A DNA stretch of 64,000 nucleotides, from NCBI GenBank assembly GCA_012520725.1, contig JAAYNQ010000177.1, forward strand, positions 8,696 through 72,695. Direction: 5' to 3'. Positions 1 to 10,215 of the stretch are shown in pieces. The position numbers were made by a program, and so were the translations under genes. Position 1 is the first letter of the stretch, and each line of letters opens with the position of its first letter. This DNA comes from Syntrophomonadaceae bacterium (GTDB taxonomy: Bacteria > Bacillota > Syntrophomonadia > Syntrophomonadales > Syntrophomonadaceae). The notes beneath the pieces were generated by a model. That model did no database searches. It was not told the DNA's origin and was given only the letters and a program-made list of their open reading frames with translations.

Positions 1-461
1 CGGTAATAGCTGCGGTTAGCGGACCGGCCATTGCAGCAGGATTTGATCTTATGGTACTAGCTGATATCAGGATTTTCTCCCAGACTGCTAAAGTGGGTCA
101 GGCCGAAATACGTTGGGCTTTAACTCCCTTAAATGATCCCCTGTGGAAAATAGTAGGGATGGGTAGGGCCAAGGAAATGACCATGACCGGTAGGATTTAT
201 AGTGCGGAAGAAGCAAGGCAGATGGGTCTGGCCAATTATGTTTATCCCGTAGAGAGCTATTTGGATGAAGCTAAAAAGCTGGCCCATAAGATCGCGGCCT
301 TTGATCGCCAGGCCCTTAAAGCCAATAAAGATCAAACCAACCGGATACCGGGAATGGATACTGAAGCTGCTATCCGCACCCAGATCTGGGGTTTTAGAAA
401 TTTTGTAGGCAGTGAGGATATGATCAGCAGGATGTCTGAGTTTTTAAACCGCAAGAAATAG
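1..461 (+). CDS. enoyl-CoA hydratase/isomerase (crotonase family), 5'-truncated at the window edge
   Basis: Frame 3 is open from base 3. The translation VIAAVSGPAIAAGFDLMVLADIR is a typical crotonase active-site segment. ORF track 51..461 is the in-window remainder. Confidence 0.8.
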   Translation, partial: VIAAVSGPAIAAGFDLMVLADIRIFSQTAKVGQAEIRWALTPLNDPLWKIVGMGRAKEMTMTGRIYSAEEARQMGLANYVYPVESYLDEAKKLAHKIAAFDRQALKANKDQTNRIPGMDTEAAIRTQIWGFRNFVGSEDMISRMSEFLNRKK

Positions 462-550
462 GATTGATTTCACCTCCGGGAAACCTGGTTCAAGCGTGAA
501 ATAGAATCAAGATTATAAATAGAAAATACTAAAGAAAGTGGGAGTTGCGC

Positions 551-1309
551 ATGAAATTGGAAGGTAAAGTAGCTTTAATAACCGGGGGAGGAACCGGCAT
601 CGGAAAAGCCGCCGCCCAGATGGTTGCAGAAGAAGGCGGGATTAGTATTGTGGCTGGGAGACGGATAGGGCCCCTGGAAGAAACCGTAGCTGAAATAACC
701 CAGGCGGGAGGAAAAGCCGCCGCTTGTCCTGCTGATGTGAGCAAAGTTGAAGATATTGAGCGATTAAAAGACTTTGTGCAGGAAAATTACGGGAGACTGG
801 ATATATTAGTTAACAATGCAGGATCTTCACTATTCAAGTCTTTTTTGGATACCAGTGTAGAAGACCTGGATCGTATATACCAAGTAGATCTTCGCAGTGT
901 ATACCTGGTTTCCCAGTACATGGTTCCGTTAATGAGAGAAAATGGTGGAGGCAGCATAATCAACATTTCATCCATACTGGGAGTCCTGGGAGGAAAAAAA
1001 GTAAGCGCTTATTGTGCCATGAAAGGCGGAGTAGTGATGTTGACCAAGGCCCTGGCGGCTGAATTAGGCCCCGAAATAAGGGTCAACTGTTTGTGTCCCT
1101 CCCATATAGTAACTGATATGATGCAATTGGAAATGGAAAGGCTGGAGAAGTCAGGCAAAATGGACCTCTTAACCCGCAGATTTCCTATGAAGAGGGTGGC
1201 TTACCCCGAGGACATGAAAGGTGTTATGCTCTTTTTTGCCAGTGAAGATTCGGCCTGGTTGACCGGAAACATCTTTATGGTAGACGGTGGCTTATCCTGT
1301 TATATTTAA
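551..1309 (+). CDS. short-chain dehydrogenase/reductase (FabG-like)
   Basis: TGGGTGIGKA Rossmann motif, NNAG, and the S...YxxxK catalytic pattern (YCAMKGG). ATG at 551 follows GTGGGAG. The track ORF begins at an upstream TTG at 545. Confidence 0.8.
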   Translation: MKLEGKVALITGGGTGIGKAAAQMVAEEGGISIVAGRRIGPLEETVAEITQAGGKAAACPADVSKVEDIERLKDFVQENYGRLDILVNNAGSSLFKSFLDTSVEDLDRIYQVDLRSVYLVSQYMVPLMRENGGGSIINISSILGVLGGKKVSAYCAMKGGVVMLTKALAAELGPEIRVNCLCPSHIVTDMMQLEMERLEKSGKMDLLTRRFPMKRVAYPEDMKGVMLFFASEDSAWLTGNIFMVDGGLSCYI

Positions 1310-1328
1310 AGGATTATAGGGGAGAAAG

Positions 1329-2102
1329 ATGATGCTTTTGGATTATCATGTTCATGCCGTTGCCCATGGGGAGTATCAATATAATTGCCCATGGATCAGG
1401 AAATTCATAGAAACTGCCCGCAGCCGACAGTTGAGTGAGATAGGCTTTACTGAACATGATGAATACGCAGCTAAAATTGATTATCGACTGCTGGAAACCT
1501 TGCGCCAGGAATATGACGATATCACTATCAAGATAGGATTGGAAGTTGATTACTGGGAAGGAAGGGAAAAGCAAATTCAGCAGCTGCTGAGCAGCTATCC
1601 CTATGATTATATAATAGGATCCATCCATTATCTGGACGGCTGGGCTTTTGACCATCCTGATTACCGGGATGGATTTGAGCAGAAGGATATTGATCAGGTT
1701 TATAAGCGCTATTTCCAACTGCTGGGTCGTATGGTCGATTCTGGCCTATTCACTATTGTTGGCCATTTTGATCTTATTAAAAAATGGGGTCATAGACCGA
1801 TTGGGCATCGACTAAACTATTATTATGATGAAGTCTTGAACAAGATTAAGAAATCCGACTTGTGTGTGGAGCTTAACAGTGCTGGGTTGAGAAAACCGGT
1901 GGGCGAGCTGTACCCTGGGCCTGAAGTACTGAAAGTGATGGCCTCAATGAAGATACCGATAACACTTGCTTCCGATGCTCACCATCCAAGTGAGGTGGGA
2001 GAGGGGGTAAGGGAAGCAGCTCAGGCCGCCTGGGCTGCAGGTTATCGGGAGATAGCTTCGTGGAGTAGAGGTAAGCGGGTAATGGTCCCGCTCTTCTTTT
2101 AA
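1329..2102 (+). CDS. PHP-family phosphoesterase (histidinol-phosphatase HisJ/HisK-like)
   Basis: N-terminal DYHVHAVAHG, internal GSIHY, and a C-terminal ASDAHHP metal-ligand pattern typical of the PHP domain. Confidence 0.6.
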   Translation: MMLLDYHVHAVAHGEYQYNCPWIRKFIETARSRQLSEIGFTEHDEYAAKIDYRLLETLRQEYDDITIKIGLEVDYWEGREKQIQQLLSSYPYDYIIGSIHYLDGWAFDHPDYRDGFEQKDIDQVYKRYFQLLGRMVDSGLFTIVGHFDLIKKWGHRPIGHRLNYYYDEVLNKIKKSDLCVELNSAGLRKPVGELYPGPEVLKVMASMKIPITLASDAHHPSEVGEGVREAAQAAWAAGYREIASWSRGKRVMVPLFF

Positions 2103-2247
2103 AAGGATTTTTAGCCCCAACCCCAGATTCAGGAGAGTCTTTCTGTAGAGCAGCATTGATGAAGGGTTGAGCAAGAGGAGCAGGAAAGCTAATACGGCTG
2201 CACTGTGGAAGTGAAGCGGTGAAAACTATGGTTTGGGAGATGGACGA

Positions 2248-3258
2248 GTGAAAAGCATTGCAATATTGGTAATCAGTCTGGGTATAATTCTGCTTGGTGC
2301 AGAAGTTTTTGTTAATGGAATTGAATGGTTAGGCAAAAAGCTGAATCTCTCTGAAGGAGCTGTGGGCAGTGTTCTGGCAGCAGTGGGCACCGCTCTGCCC
2401 GAAACCCTTATACCCATAATTGCCATAGTTTTCAGCGATGCTGCCCAGGGTCATGAAATTGGTATTGGAGCCATACTAGGAGCTCCTTTGATGCTGGCTA
2501 CTCTGGCCATGTGCGTTACCGGGATAGCGGTAGTAATTTTCAGACGCAGGAGGGCCTTCGGTGTTAAAGTAGTAGCCGATTATTACAGTATGTCCAGGGA
2601 TTTAGGCTTCTTTATATTGGTATATGCAGCGGCGGTACTGGCCGGCCTGATACCCCCTCACTATAGGGCTTGGCAGGTGGGGATCGGGGTCATAATGGTA
2701 CTGGCTTACTGTATCTATGTAGTAATAATGCTGTTTCAGGAACGGGATATACATGCAGATCATCAATTGCCTCAATTTTATTTGGCCCGGAGTAACCCTT
2801 CACCACCTCTGGTCTTGGTAGTAGTACAGGTCCTGCTGGCTCTGGGGTTTATTATCCTGGGGGCTCATATGTTTGTTGGATCGGTTACTGATGTGGCTGA
2901 AATGTATGCAGTACCAGCTTTTGTATTAGCCCTTATCATCACTCCCATTGCCACCGAGTTGCCGGAGAAGTTTAACAGCATTATATGGGTTTCGAGAAGT
3001 AAAGATACCCTGGCCTTAGGTAATATAACCGGAGCCATGGTGTTCCAGAGTTCGCTAATACCGGCCTTGGGAATATTTCTTACTCCCTGGCAATTAACCC
3101 ATAGTGCCCTAATAGTAGCGGTGCTGGCTATTGCTTCAGCCAGCTTTATATTTTGGGAATTAAGGAAAAAGAAACACATAAGTGCCTTGATGTTGATAGT
3201 AGGCGGCTTGTTTTATGCCTTGTTTATCTACTTGGTAGGCCTGGGAATTGTACGCTAA
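2248..3258 (+). CDS. Ca2+/Na+ antiporter (CaCA/YrbG family)
   Basis: About 10 predicted TM segments. Two alpha-repeat signatures, GTALPE and ATELPEK. A GTG start at 2248 after GGGAGA is preferred over the track start at 2233. Confidence 0.75.
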   Translation: MKSIAILVISLGIILLGAEVFVNGIEWLGKKLNLSEGAVGSVLAAVGTALPETLIPIIAIVFSDAAQGHEIGIGAILGAPLMLATLAMCVTGIAVVIFRRRRAFGVKVVADYYSMSRDLGFFILVYAAAVLAGLIPPHYRAWQVGIGVIMVLAYCIYVVIMLFQERDIHADHQLPQFYLARSNPSPPLVLVVVQVLLALGFIILGAHMFVGSVTDVAEMYAVPAFVLALIITPIATELPEKFNSIIWVSRSKDTLALGNITGAMVFQSSLIPALGIFLTPWQLTHSALIVAVLAIASASFIFWELRKKKHISALMLIVGGLFYALFIYLVGLGIVR

Positions 3259-3375
3259 GATAATCAAAGTTTCTATGATCCTTAATGGAAGCAAGCTATA
3301 AGGAATGGCGTATTCAATCAGCTTTTAGCTCCATTGCCCGGGAGAAAAACATATGCAAAGGAAGTGGATGATAGA

Positions 3376-3720
3376 ATGTCTAAAACCAACCCTTATGATA
3401 AAGCTCATGAATTAGCCCGTGCCATTAAAGAAAGCGATATATTCCGTAATTATATGGAAGCCAAGGAACAGATAGATAAAAAACCTGAGTATAAGGAAAA
3501 AATATTGCAAATACGGGAAAAGCAAATGGAGATCAACCGAGCCCAGGTATTGGGAGAGGAACTGGCTGCGGGGTTAATTCAGAATCTTACCCTGGAATTT
3601 GCCAAACTCAATCAGTATCGGGAAATAGCCAGCTTTTTTGAGGCGGAAGCTAGGTTTATCCAGATGTTTAACGATGTACAGGAAATAATACAAAAAAGTG
3701 TGCAAGAGGACTTAAGATAA
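3376..3720 (+). CDS. YlbF/YmcA family regulatory protein (UPF0342)
   Basis: Helical ~115-aa product. N-terminal NPYDKAHELARAIKESDIFRNY resembles YlbF. The ATG at 3376 has an upstream AAGGAAGTGGA. Confidence 0.55.
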   Translation: MSKTNPYDKAHELARAIKESDIFRNYMEAKEQIDKKPEYKEKILQIREKQMEINRAQVLGEELAAGLIQNLTLEFAKLNQYREIASFFEAEARFIQMFNDVQEIIQKSVQEDLR

Positions 3721-3929
3721 GTACCGGCTATTCCCCCATCATTTCCTTCTCAAACTCTGCTCTGATTAACAAGGCTGCTGGTTTATCCAAACGTTGATGC
3801 CAACAGTGGTTCCACCGGGATCAGCAGCCCATTCCATGCAAAATATTGTATGTAATCATGAATACAATATATCTCCGGCAAAAGTATTTACATGAGATGC
3901 TGTATCCTTAATAATTGGGGTGGTTATAG

Positions 3930-5294
<1,365 letters not shown>

Positions 5295-5315
5295 GCCATA
5301 GCTATACTTGCCCCT

Positions 5316-5350
5316 AAAAAGGGAGGATCAATCCGGATTCTCCCTTTTTT
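5316..5350 (+). terminator. intrinsic terminator after gdhA
   Basis: GGGAGGATC / GATTCTCCC hairpin followed by TTTTTT. Confidence 0.7.
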
Positions 5351-5730
5351 GTGGGGGTATTTTTCTTCTTTCCATCTGCTTTCCGGATCTGCTCCGGCAC
5401 TTCCCCATTGATCTCTTATCTGCCATTAATTATTGACTATAGAGTGGAGTTTTGCTTTGTTTTAGCTATTAAGAGCTAAGCTTATGGGTCAGGCTGACTA
5501 ATTGAGTGGATTAACTTGCGGCCAAAGTCTATGCATTATTAACTGCTGTCTGAGGCCAATATTGCACCCAAGCCCAAGAAAATTCGTGGGAAGCTCTTCA
5601 TCCCAACTGTCCAAGGTGGAAAGGAAAAGGGGTTTCACGGCTAACTGTCTGCTTATAGTTACTTACTATTACATTTCTATGTTATAATGACAATTGCACC
5701 ATGATGATAGTGTTTTTGGAGGAGGTTCTT

Positions 5731-6705
5731 ATGAAAAGGAATTTTATATTGTTTCTGTTTATGATATCAGCCTGCTTTATGCTGTATGGTTGCAGTAATT
5801 CTTCCAGTAGTACTGAAGAATATGTGGGAGAAGTAAATGGAATAAAAATTACCCAGGCGGAATATGACGAACGTTATGTACTGATGCAGAATAGCTATAA
5901 GATACAGCAGGCCTATAGCGGTACCGAAGTAGAGGAATTACCGGCTGAGGTATTGGAAAACATACAGGCCCAGACCTTTGATGACCTGGTTTACCAGAAG
6001 CTGCTGCTGAAGGAAGCTGAGGACAGAGATATAGAGGTAAAAGATGATGAGTTGGATGCTGCCATAAATGATTATAAGAACAACCAATTGCAAGGCAGTG
6101 AAAGCAAATATCAGGAATTTCTTGAGCAAATCGGGTTAAATGATGAGACCTTTAGAAGGGAAATGAAAATGGAGCTCTTGGTATCTAAAATTCAGCAGGA
6201 GCTTACTGCTGATGTGAAGGCAGGAGAAGAAGAGGCCAAGGCCTTTTATGATGAGAATCTGGAGATGTTTAAACAACCAGCCGGCATTCAAATTTCCCAT
6301 ATCTTAGTAAACACTGAGGAAGAAGCCGGGCAGATATTGAAGCAATTGAAAGCGGGAGAAGAATTTGCCCAGCTGGCCCGGGAATTCTCCCAATGTGGAA
6401 GTTCCAGCCAAGGTGGAGATTTAGGTACAGTTAATGAGGATAGTGCACTGGTCCCAGAGTTTCTGACTGCCGCTCTCAAACTGGAACCTGGACAGATGAC
6501 AGAAAAGCCGGTAAAAACAGAATTTGGTTATCACATTATTAAAGCTGGAGAGAGGAAGGAAGCCTCCACCCAGGATTTTGAATCAGTAAAGAACAGTATC
6601 TTAATACAGCTGGGGCAGCAGAAAAAAATACAAACCTTTAATGATTTTCTAGAAGACCTGAAAAATAAAGCGGATATTAAGGATTATCGAGATTCTAAAA
6701 AATAA
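5731..6705 (+). CDS. prsA: PrsA-like peptidyl-prolyl isomerase lipoprotein (parvulin type)
   Basis: MKRNFILFLFMISACFMLYGC signal peptide with lipobox. Parvulin core SHILV...GGDLG...FGYHIIK. RBS GGAGGAGG ahead of ATG 5731. Confidence 0.85.
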   Translation: MKRNFILFLFMISACFMLYGCSNSSSSTEEYVGEVNGIKITQAEYDERYVLMQNSYKIQQAYSGTEVEELPAEVLENIQAQTFDDLVYQKLLLKEAEDRDIEVKDDELDAAINDYKNNQLQGSESKYQEFLEQIGLNDETFRREMKMELLVSKIQQELTADVKAGEEEAKAFYDENLEMFKQPAGIQISHILVNTEEEAGQILKQLKAGEEFAQLAREFSQCGSSSQGGDLGTVNEDSALVPEFLTAALKLEPGQMTEKPVKTEFGYHIIKAGERKEASTQDFESVKNSILIQLGQQKKIQTFNDFLEDLKNKADIKDYRDSKK

Positions 6706-6715
6706 ATAGTAGTTT

Positions 6716-6757
6716 AAAAGCACTCCCGGAACTAAAGGTTTGGGGAGTGCTTTTTTT
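6716..6757 (+). terminator. intrinsic terminator after prsA
   Basis: AAAAGCACTCCC...GGGAGTGCTTTTTTT hairpin with T-tract. Confidence 0.8.
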
Positions 6758-6822
6758 ATAAGCAGCAGGCGGCATTTGACCGCAAATAATTTCTTGTAAA
6801 ACAAAAACTTATCATATATAAT

Positions 6823-6841
6823 AATGATAATTATTATCATT
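6823..6841. promoter_or_regulatory. Fur box (perfect 9-1-9 palindrome containing the 7-1-7 core TGATAATtATTATCA)
   Basis: AATGATAATTATTATCATT lies 21 nt upstream of the fur start codon. It matches the Bacillus-type Fur operator core exactly. Confidence 0.85.
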
Positions 6842-6861
6842 ATACAAGAAGGTGTTATTTT

Positions 6862-7278
6862 ATGGACGTTATACATTCCAAGTTGGATAGAAATAATTAC
6901 CGTCTCACCGATCAAAGAAAAGCGATTTTGGATGTAATGCTGGAAAATCAGGGGAGTCACTTGTCAGCGGAAGAAGTCTTGTGGGAAGCCAAAAAGAAAT
7001 TTCCTAATATCGGCATTGCCACTGTTTACCGGACTTTAGAGAAATTGGCCAACCTGGATATTCTGCATAAGTCCATGTTTGAAGGCAATAAGTTTCGCTA
7101 TGAATTAGCAGAAGATGATAAACATCATCATCATCATGTGGTTTGTTTAAATTGCGGGCAAATATCCGAAGTCTCAGGTGATCTGCTCCATGAATTGGAG
7201 AGCAAACTAGAGCAGCAGGGATATAAGATAATTGATCATGAGTTGAAATTCTACGGCTATTGTCCTGCTTGCAAGTAA
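6862..7278 (+). CDS. fur: Fur-family metalloregulator
   Basis: Winged-helix N-terminus (ATVYRTLEKL). HHHHHVVCLNCG and a C-terminal CPAC form the structural and regulatory metal sites. Confidence 0.9.
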   Translation: MDVIHSKLDRNNYRLTDQRKAILDVMLENQGSHLSAEEVLWEAKKKFPNIGIATVYRTLEKLANLDILHKSMFEGNKFRYELAEDDKHHHHHVVCLNCGQISEVSGDLLHELESKLEQQGYKIIDHELKFYGYCPACK

Positions 7279-7323
7279 GATTTCTAGAAAAATACCATAC
7301 ATAAGCTAAAGCAGGAGGCAGAT

Positions 7324-9087
7324 ATGACAGTAGTAATGATAGGGAATCCAAATGTGGGCAAGAGCTTGGTTTTGAACCGTCTTACCGGCAGCAACTTTAT
7401 TGTATCCAATTATGCCGGCACTTCTCTGGAACTTAGTGAAGCCACCCTTAAGCTATCCAACCGGGAAATCAAGATAATTGATACTCCTGGTATATATTCC
7501 ATTATTTCTTCAGGGCAGGATCAGAGAATAATTAAGGATTTATTGGAAAAGGAAAAACCCGAACTGATTTTAAATGTCCTGGACGCTACCAATATGGAAC
7601 GTAACCTGCTTTTGAGTTTTGAACTTAAACAGCTGGGTTTTCCTATGGTAATACTCCTCAACCAAATCGACCGGGCTAGAAGAATCGGAATACAAATCCA
7701 ACGTGAACGTTTGGAGAATATTATGGGGGTCCCGGTACTATTCTTTTCCGCCCTTACTGGAGAAGGTTTAATGGAATTGATGGAGATGCTGGAGATGGAT
7801 AAAGCACAATTAAATCGTCCCAGCAGCATAGAGCATTATTGGAAATACGACAATTGTCTGGAATGCCCACAATGCAGCGGCTGTAGTGCTTGTTCCATCG
7901 GATCAGAAAGTTGTCTGGGTTCGGATGATTTCAGAAGGGCAGAAATGGCTCGTTATACCACCCAACTGGTAGTTCACCGGCAGAGTAAAGTCCAGCGCTA
8001 CTGGATTGACAGAGCTGAAAAGGTCTTGGATCAGCCGGTATTGGGTACTGCTATTCTTTTGATTTTAGTATTTTTGGGTTTTTATGTATTATTAAAATTT
8101 ATTGAATTAAGTGAAGGCCCCATAAATGCACTACTGGATCCTGTGAACATTTTTATTGAAAATTTCTTAGCTGCTTTCTTGCCGGCTGGAATGGTCAATA
8201 CGATTTTATCGAAAGCTATTCCAGAAGGGCTTATTATACCTTTTACCATTATCATGCCGGCTATGTTAATGGTTAGTTTATTAATGTCAGTCTTGGAGGA
8301 TACCGGCATTCTGCCCCGTTATTCGGTGGCCTTGGAAAGAGCGGGCAGGCTGTTTGGGGTTTCCGGACAGGCAGTAATACCTCTATCCTTAGGTTTTGGT
8401 TGCCGTACTCCAGCCATATTGGCCACCCGTTTAATGCCCAGCATGGCTGAGCGCTTTATAGTAATTACTATCCTCAGTATTGTGATTCCTTGTGCTGCCA
8501 CCATAGGGGTTATGGCAGCAGTTATATCCGCCTTTGACGCTTCCTTGCTGGTACTGCTGACTACTATGCTGGCAGTTTTGGTTATTCTGGGCTTTTTAAC
8601 CAGTAGATCCATAACCCGGGAAGAGCTATTTGTGTATGAACTTCCCCCTCTGCGGATCCCTGATTGGAACAATGTTTGGAAAAAAGTACGGATGCGCTTT
8701 TCCGGGTTTTTTAGCGAAGTATTGCCCTTATTGCTGGTAATGAATATTATCATCCGGGCTTTAATCGAATCGGGGTTTTTTGAGCTGTTTTATGCCCTGG
8801 AGTCCTTTACCAGGTCTCTTTTCGGTATACCAGCTGATGCTTTTGTAGCAGTATTGGTTACTATGTTTCAGCGCTACTTGGCCCCGCTAGTTCTTTTAAA
8901 TGCCAGTTTAACTCCCAGGGAAGCTACCATTGCTATAGCCATGATATCCCTATCCCTGCCCTGTTTGCCGGTTATGGTAATGACAGTCAGGGAGATAGGA
9001 GCTAAAGGATTAGCCAAAATACTGGCCTTAGGATTTATTACATCCTTTGTGGTTGGTGCAGCATTAAATTTAATCTTGCCGGGGTAG
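7324..9087 (+). CDS. feoB: ferrous iron transporter FeoB
   Basis: N-terminal G domain (GNPNVGKS, DTPG, NQID) followed by a polytopic permease domain. Contains a Cys-rich linker (see findings). Confidence 0.9.
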   Translation: MTVVMIGNPNVGKSLVLNRLTGSNFIVSNYAGTSLELSEATLKLSNREIKIIDTPGIYSIISSGQDQRIIKDLLEKEKPELILNVLDATNMERNLLLSFELKQLGFPMVILLNQIDRARRIGIQIQRERLENIMGVPVLFFSALTGEGLMELMEMLEMDKAQLNRPSSIEHYWKYDNCLECPQCSGCSACSIGSESCLGSDDFRRAEMARYTTQLVVHRQSKVQRYWIDRAEKVLDQPVLGTAILLILVFLGFYVLLKFIELSEGPINALLDPVNIFIENFLAAFLPAGMVNTILSKAIPEGLIIPFTIIMPAMLMVSLLMSVLEDTGILPRYSVALERAGRLFGVSGQAVIPLSLGFGCRTPAILATRLMPSMAERFIVITILSIVIPCAATIGVMAAVISAFDASLLVLLTTMLAVLVILGFLTSRSITREELFVYELPPLRIPDWNNVWKKVRMRFSGFFSEVLPLLLVMNIIIRALIESGFFELFYALESFTRSLFGIPADAFVAVLVTMFQRYLAPLVLLNASLTPREATIAIAMISLSLPCLPVMVMTVREIGAKGLAKILALGFITSFVVGAALNLILPG

Positions 9088-9097
9088 GAGGACAATT

Positions 9098-9337
9098 ATG
9101 TATTTAAAAGATTTGAAAACCGGACAGAGTGCAACAGTGCTCAAAATCAATAAAGGCCACGCGGCCGAAAGACGATTATTTGAGATAGGTTTGGTGCCTG
9201 GGACCCGGGTGGAGGTCCTGTCCCGTCACCCCTTTAAAGGTCCTTTGCTCTTGCAGGTGGGCAATAGTCGTCTGGCCTTGGGACAAGGCATTGCCCAAAT
9301 GGTGGAGGTGGAATTGATCCCAGACCAGGACTTATGA
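9098..9337 (+). CDS. feoA: FeoA-family protein
   Basis: 79-aa SH3-like FeoA pattern (LKDLKTGQSATVLKI...RRLFEIGLVPGTRVEV). Tightly follows feoB. Confidence 0.85.
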   Translation: MYLKDLKTGQSATVLKINKGHAAERRLFEIGLVPGTRVEVLSRHPFKGPLLLQVGNSRLALGQGIAQMVEVELIPDQDL

Positions 9338-9468
9338 TGGGCTGAGCATAACAATTATTGGTGTCGCCTTGGGAAAAAAGCAGCTCTCGTATATTAATTA
9401 TTAGACGTATAATCTGCAGTTATGATAAAATGTATTCGAATAATCTCTTGGCAGTGGAGGACTTAATT

Positions 9469-10215
9469 ATGTTAGAACTGAAAAACCTGTATATGACCGT
9501 AAATGATGAGAACGGACCGGCAAAAGAAATAATTCGCGGTATTAACCTGCTATTTGAAAAAGGTAAGGTCTATGCGATAACCGGTCCCAATGGAGGAGGT
9601 AAAACATCTATTGCCAAATTGGTGATGGGTATATTTAGTCCTAGCAGTGGCGGAATCTACCTGAACGGGGAAGACATAACCCAACTCAGTATTAGTGAAA
9701 GAGCCCACCGGGGTATAAGCTATGCTTTTCAGCAGCCTCCACGCTTTAAAGGATTAACAATAGAAGATTTGATTAAAATTGCCCGGCCTGGTATTGATCA
9801 ACTGGCTTTAAGGGGTACCATGCGGGATGTAGGCCTCTGCCCGGAAGACTACCTATCACGAGATGTAGGGCCAGGATTAAGTGGGGGAGAAGTGAAAAGG
9901 GTAGAAATAGCCCAGGTCTTGGCCCGGGGGGCCGAAGTTACTATTTTTGACGAGCCCGAAGCCGGAGTGGATCTTTGGACCATACAGAAGCTGATCGGAA
10001 TTTTATACAGCAAGTTCAAAGACAACCCCGATGCCCTGACTATTATCATCACCCATAACGAAAATATCCTGCGTATATGTGATGAAATAATTGTGATTGC
10101 TAATGGCATGGTAGAGGCCCGGGGCAGTCGAGAAGAGGTATGGCCTTTGATTAAAGATGATGTAGAATGTAAGATGAAAGAACAGTGTGGAGAGTTGTTA
10201 ACTTATGAAATTTGA
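9469..10215 (+). CDS. sufC: Fe-S cluster assembly ATPase SufC
   Basis: Walker A GPNGGGKTS, signature LSGGEVKR, Walker B TIFDEPEAG. ATG 9469 follows GTGGAGG. The track ORF starts upstream at 9358. Confidence 0.85.
   Translation: MLELKNLYMTVNDENGPAKEIIRGINLLFEKGKVYAITGPNGGGKTSIAKLVMGIFSPSSGGIYLNGEDITQLSISERAHRGISYAFQQPPRFKGLTIEDLIKIARPGIDQLALRGTMRDVGLCPEDYLSRDVGPGLSGGEVKRVEIAQVLARGAEVTIFDEPEAGVDLWTIQKLIGILYSKFKDNPDALTIIITHNENILRICDEIIVIANGMVEARGSREEVWPLIKDDVECKMKEQCGELLTYEI

Noticed and set aside
5502-5687. 61-aa + strand ORF upstream of prsA.
   Set aside because: No RBS. It overlaps the likely prsA promoter (TGtTATAAT at ~5679-5687), and its Cys/Ser-rich composition is odd.
7123-7137. Five consecutive CAT codons (HHHHH) in fur, superficially like an engineered His-tag.
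   Set aside because: They are internal to the protein, directly preceding the CxxC metal site. That position is consistent with a natural His-rich metal-binding loop.
8319-8753. 144-aa - strand ORF inside feoB.
   Set aside because: Antisense shadow ORF. The feoB frame is continuous and motif-supported.
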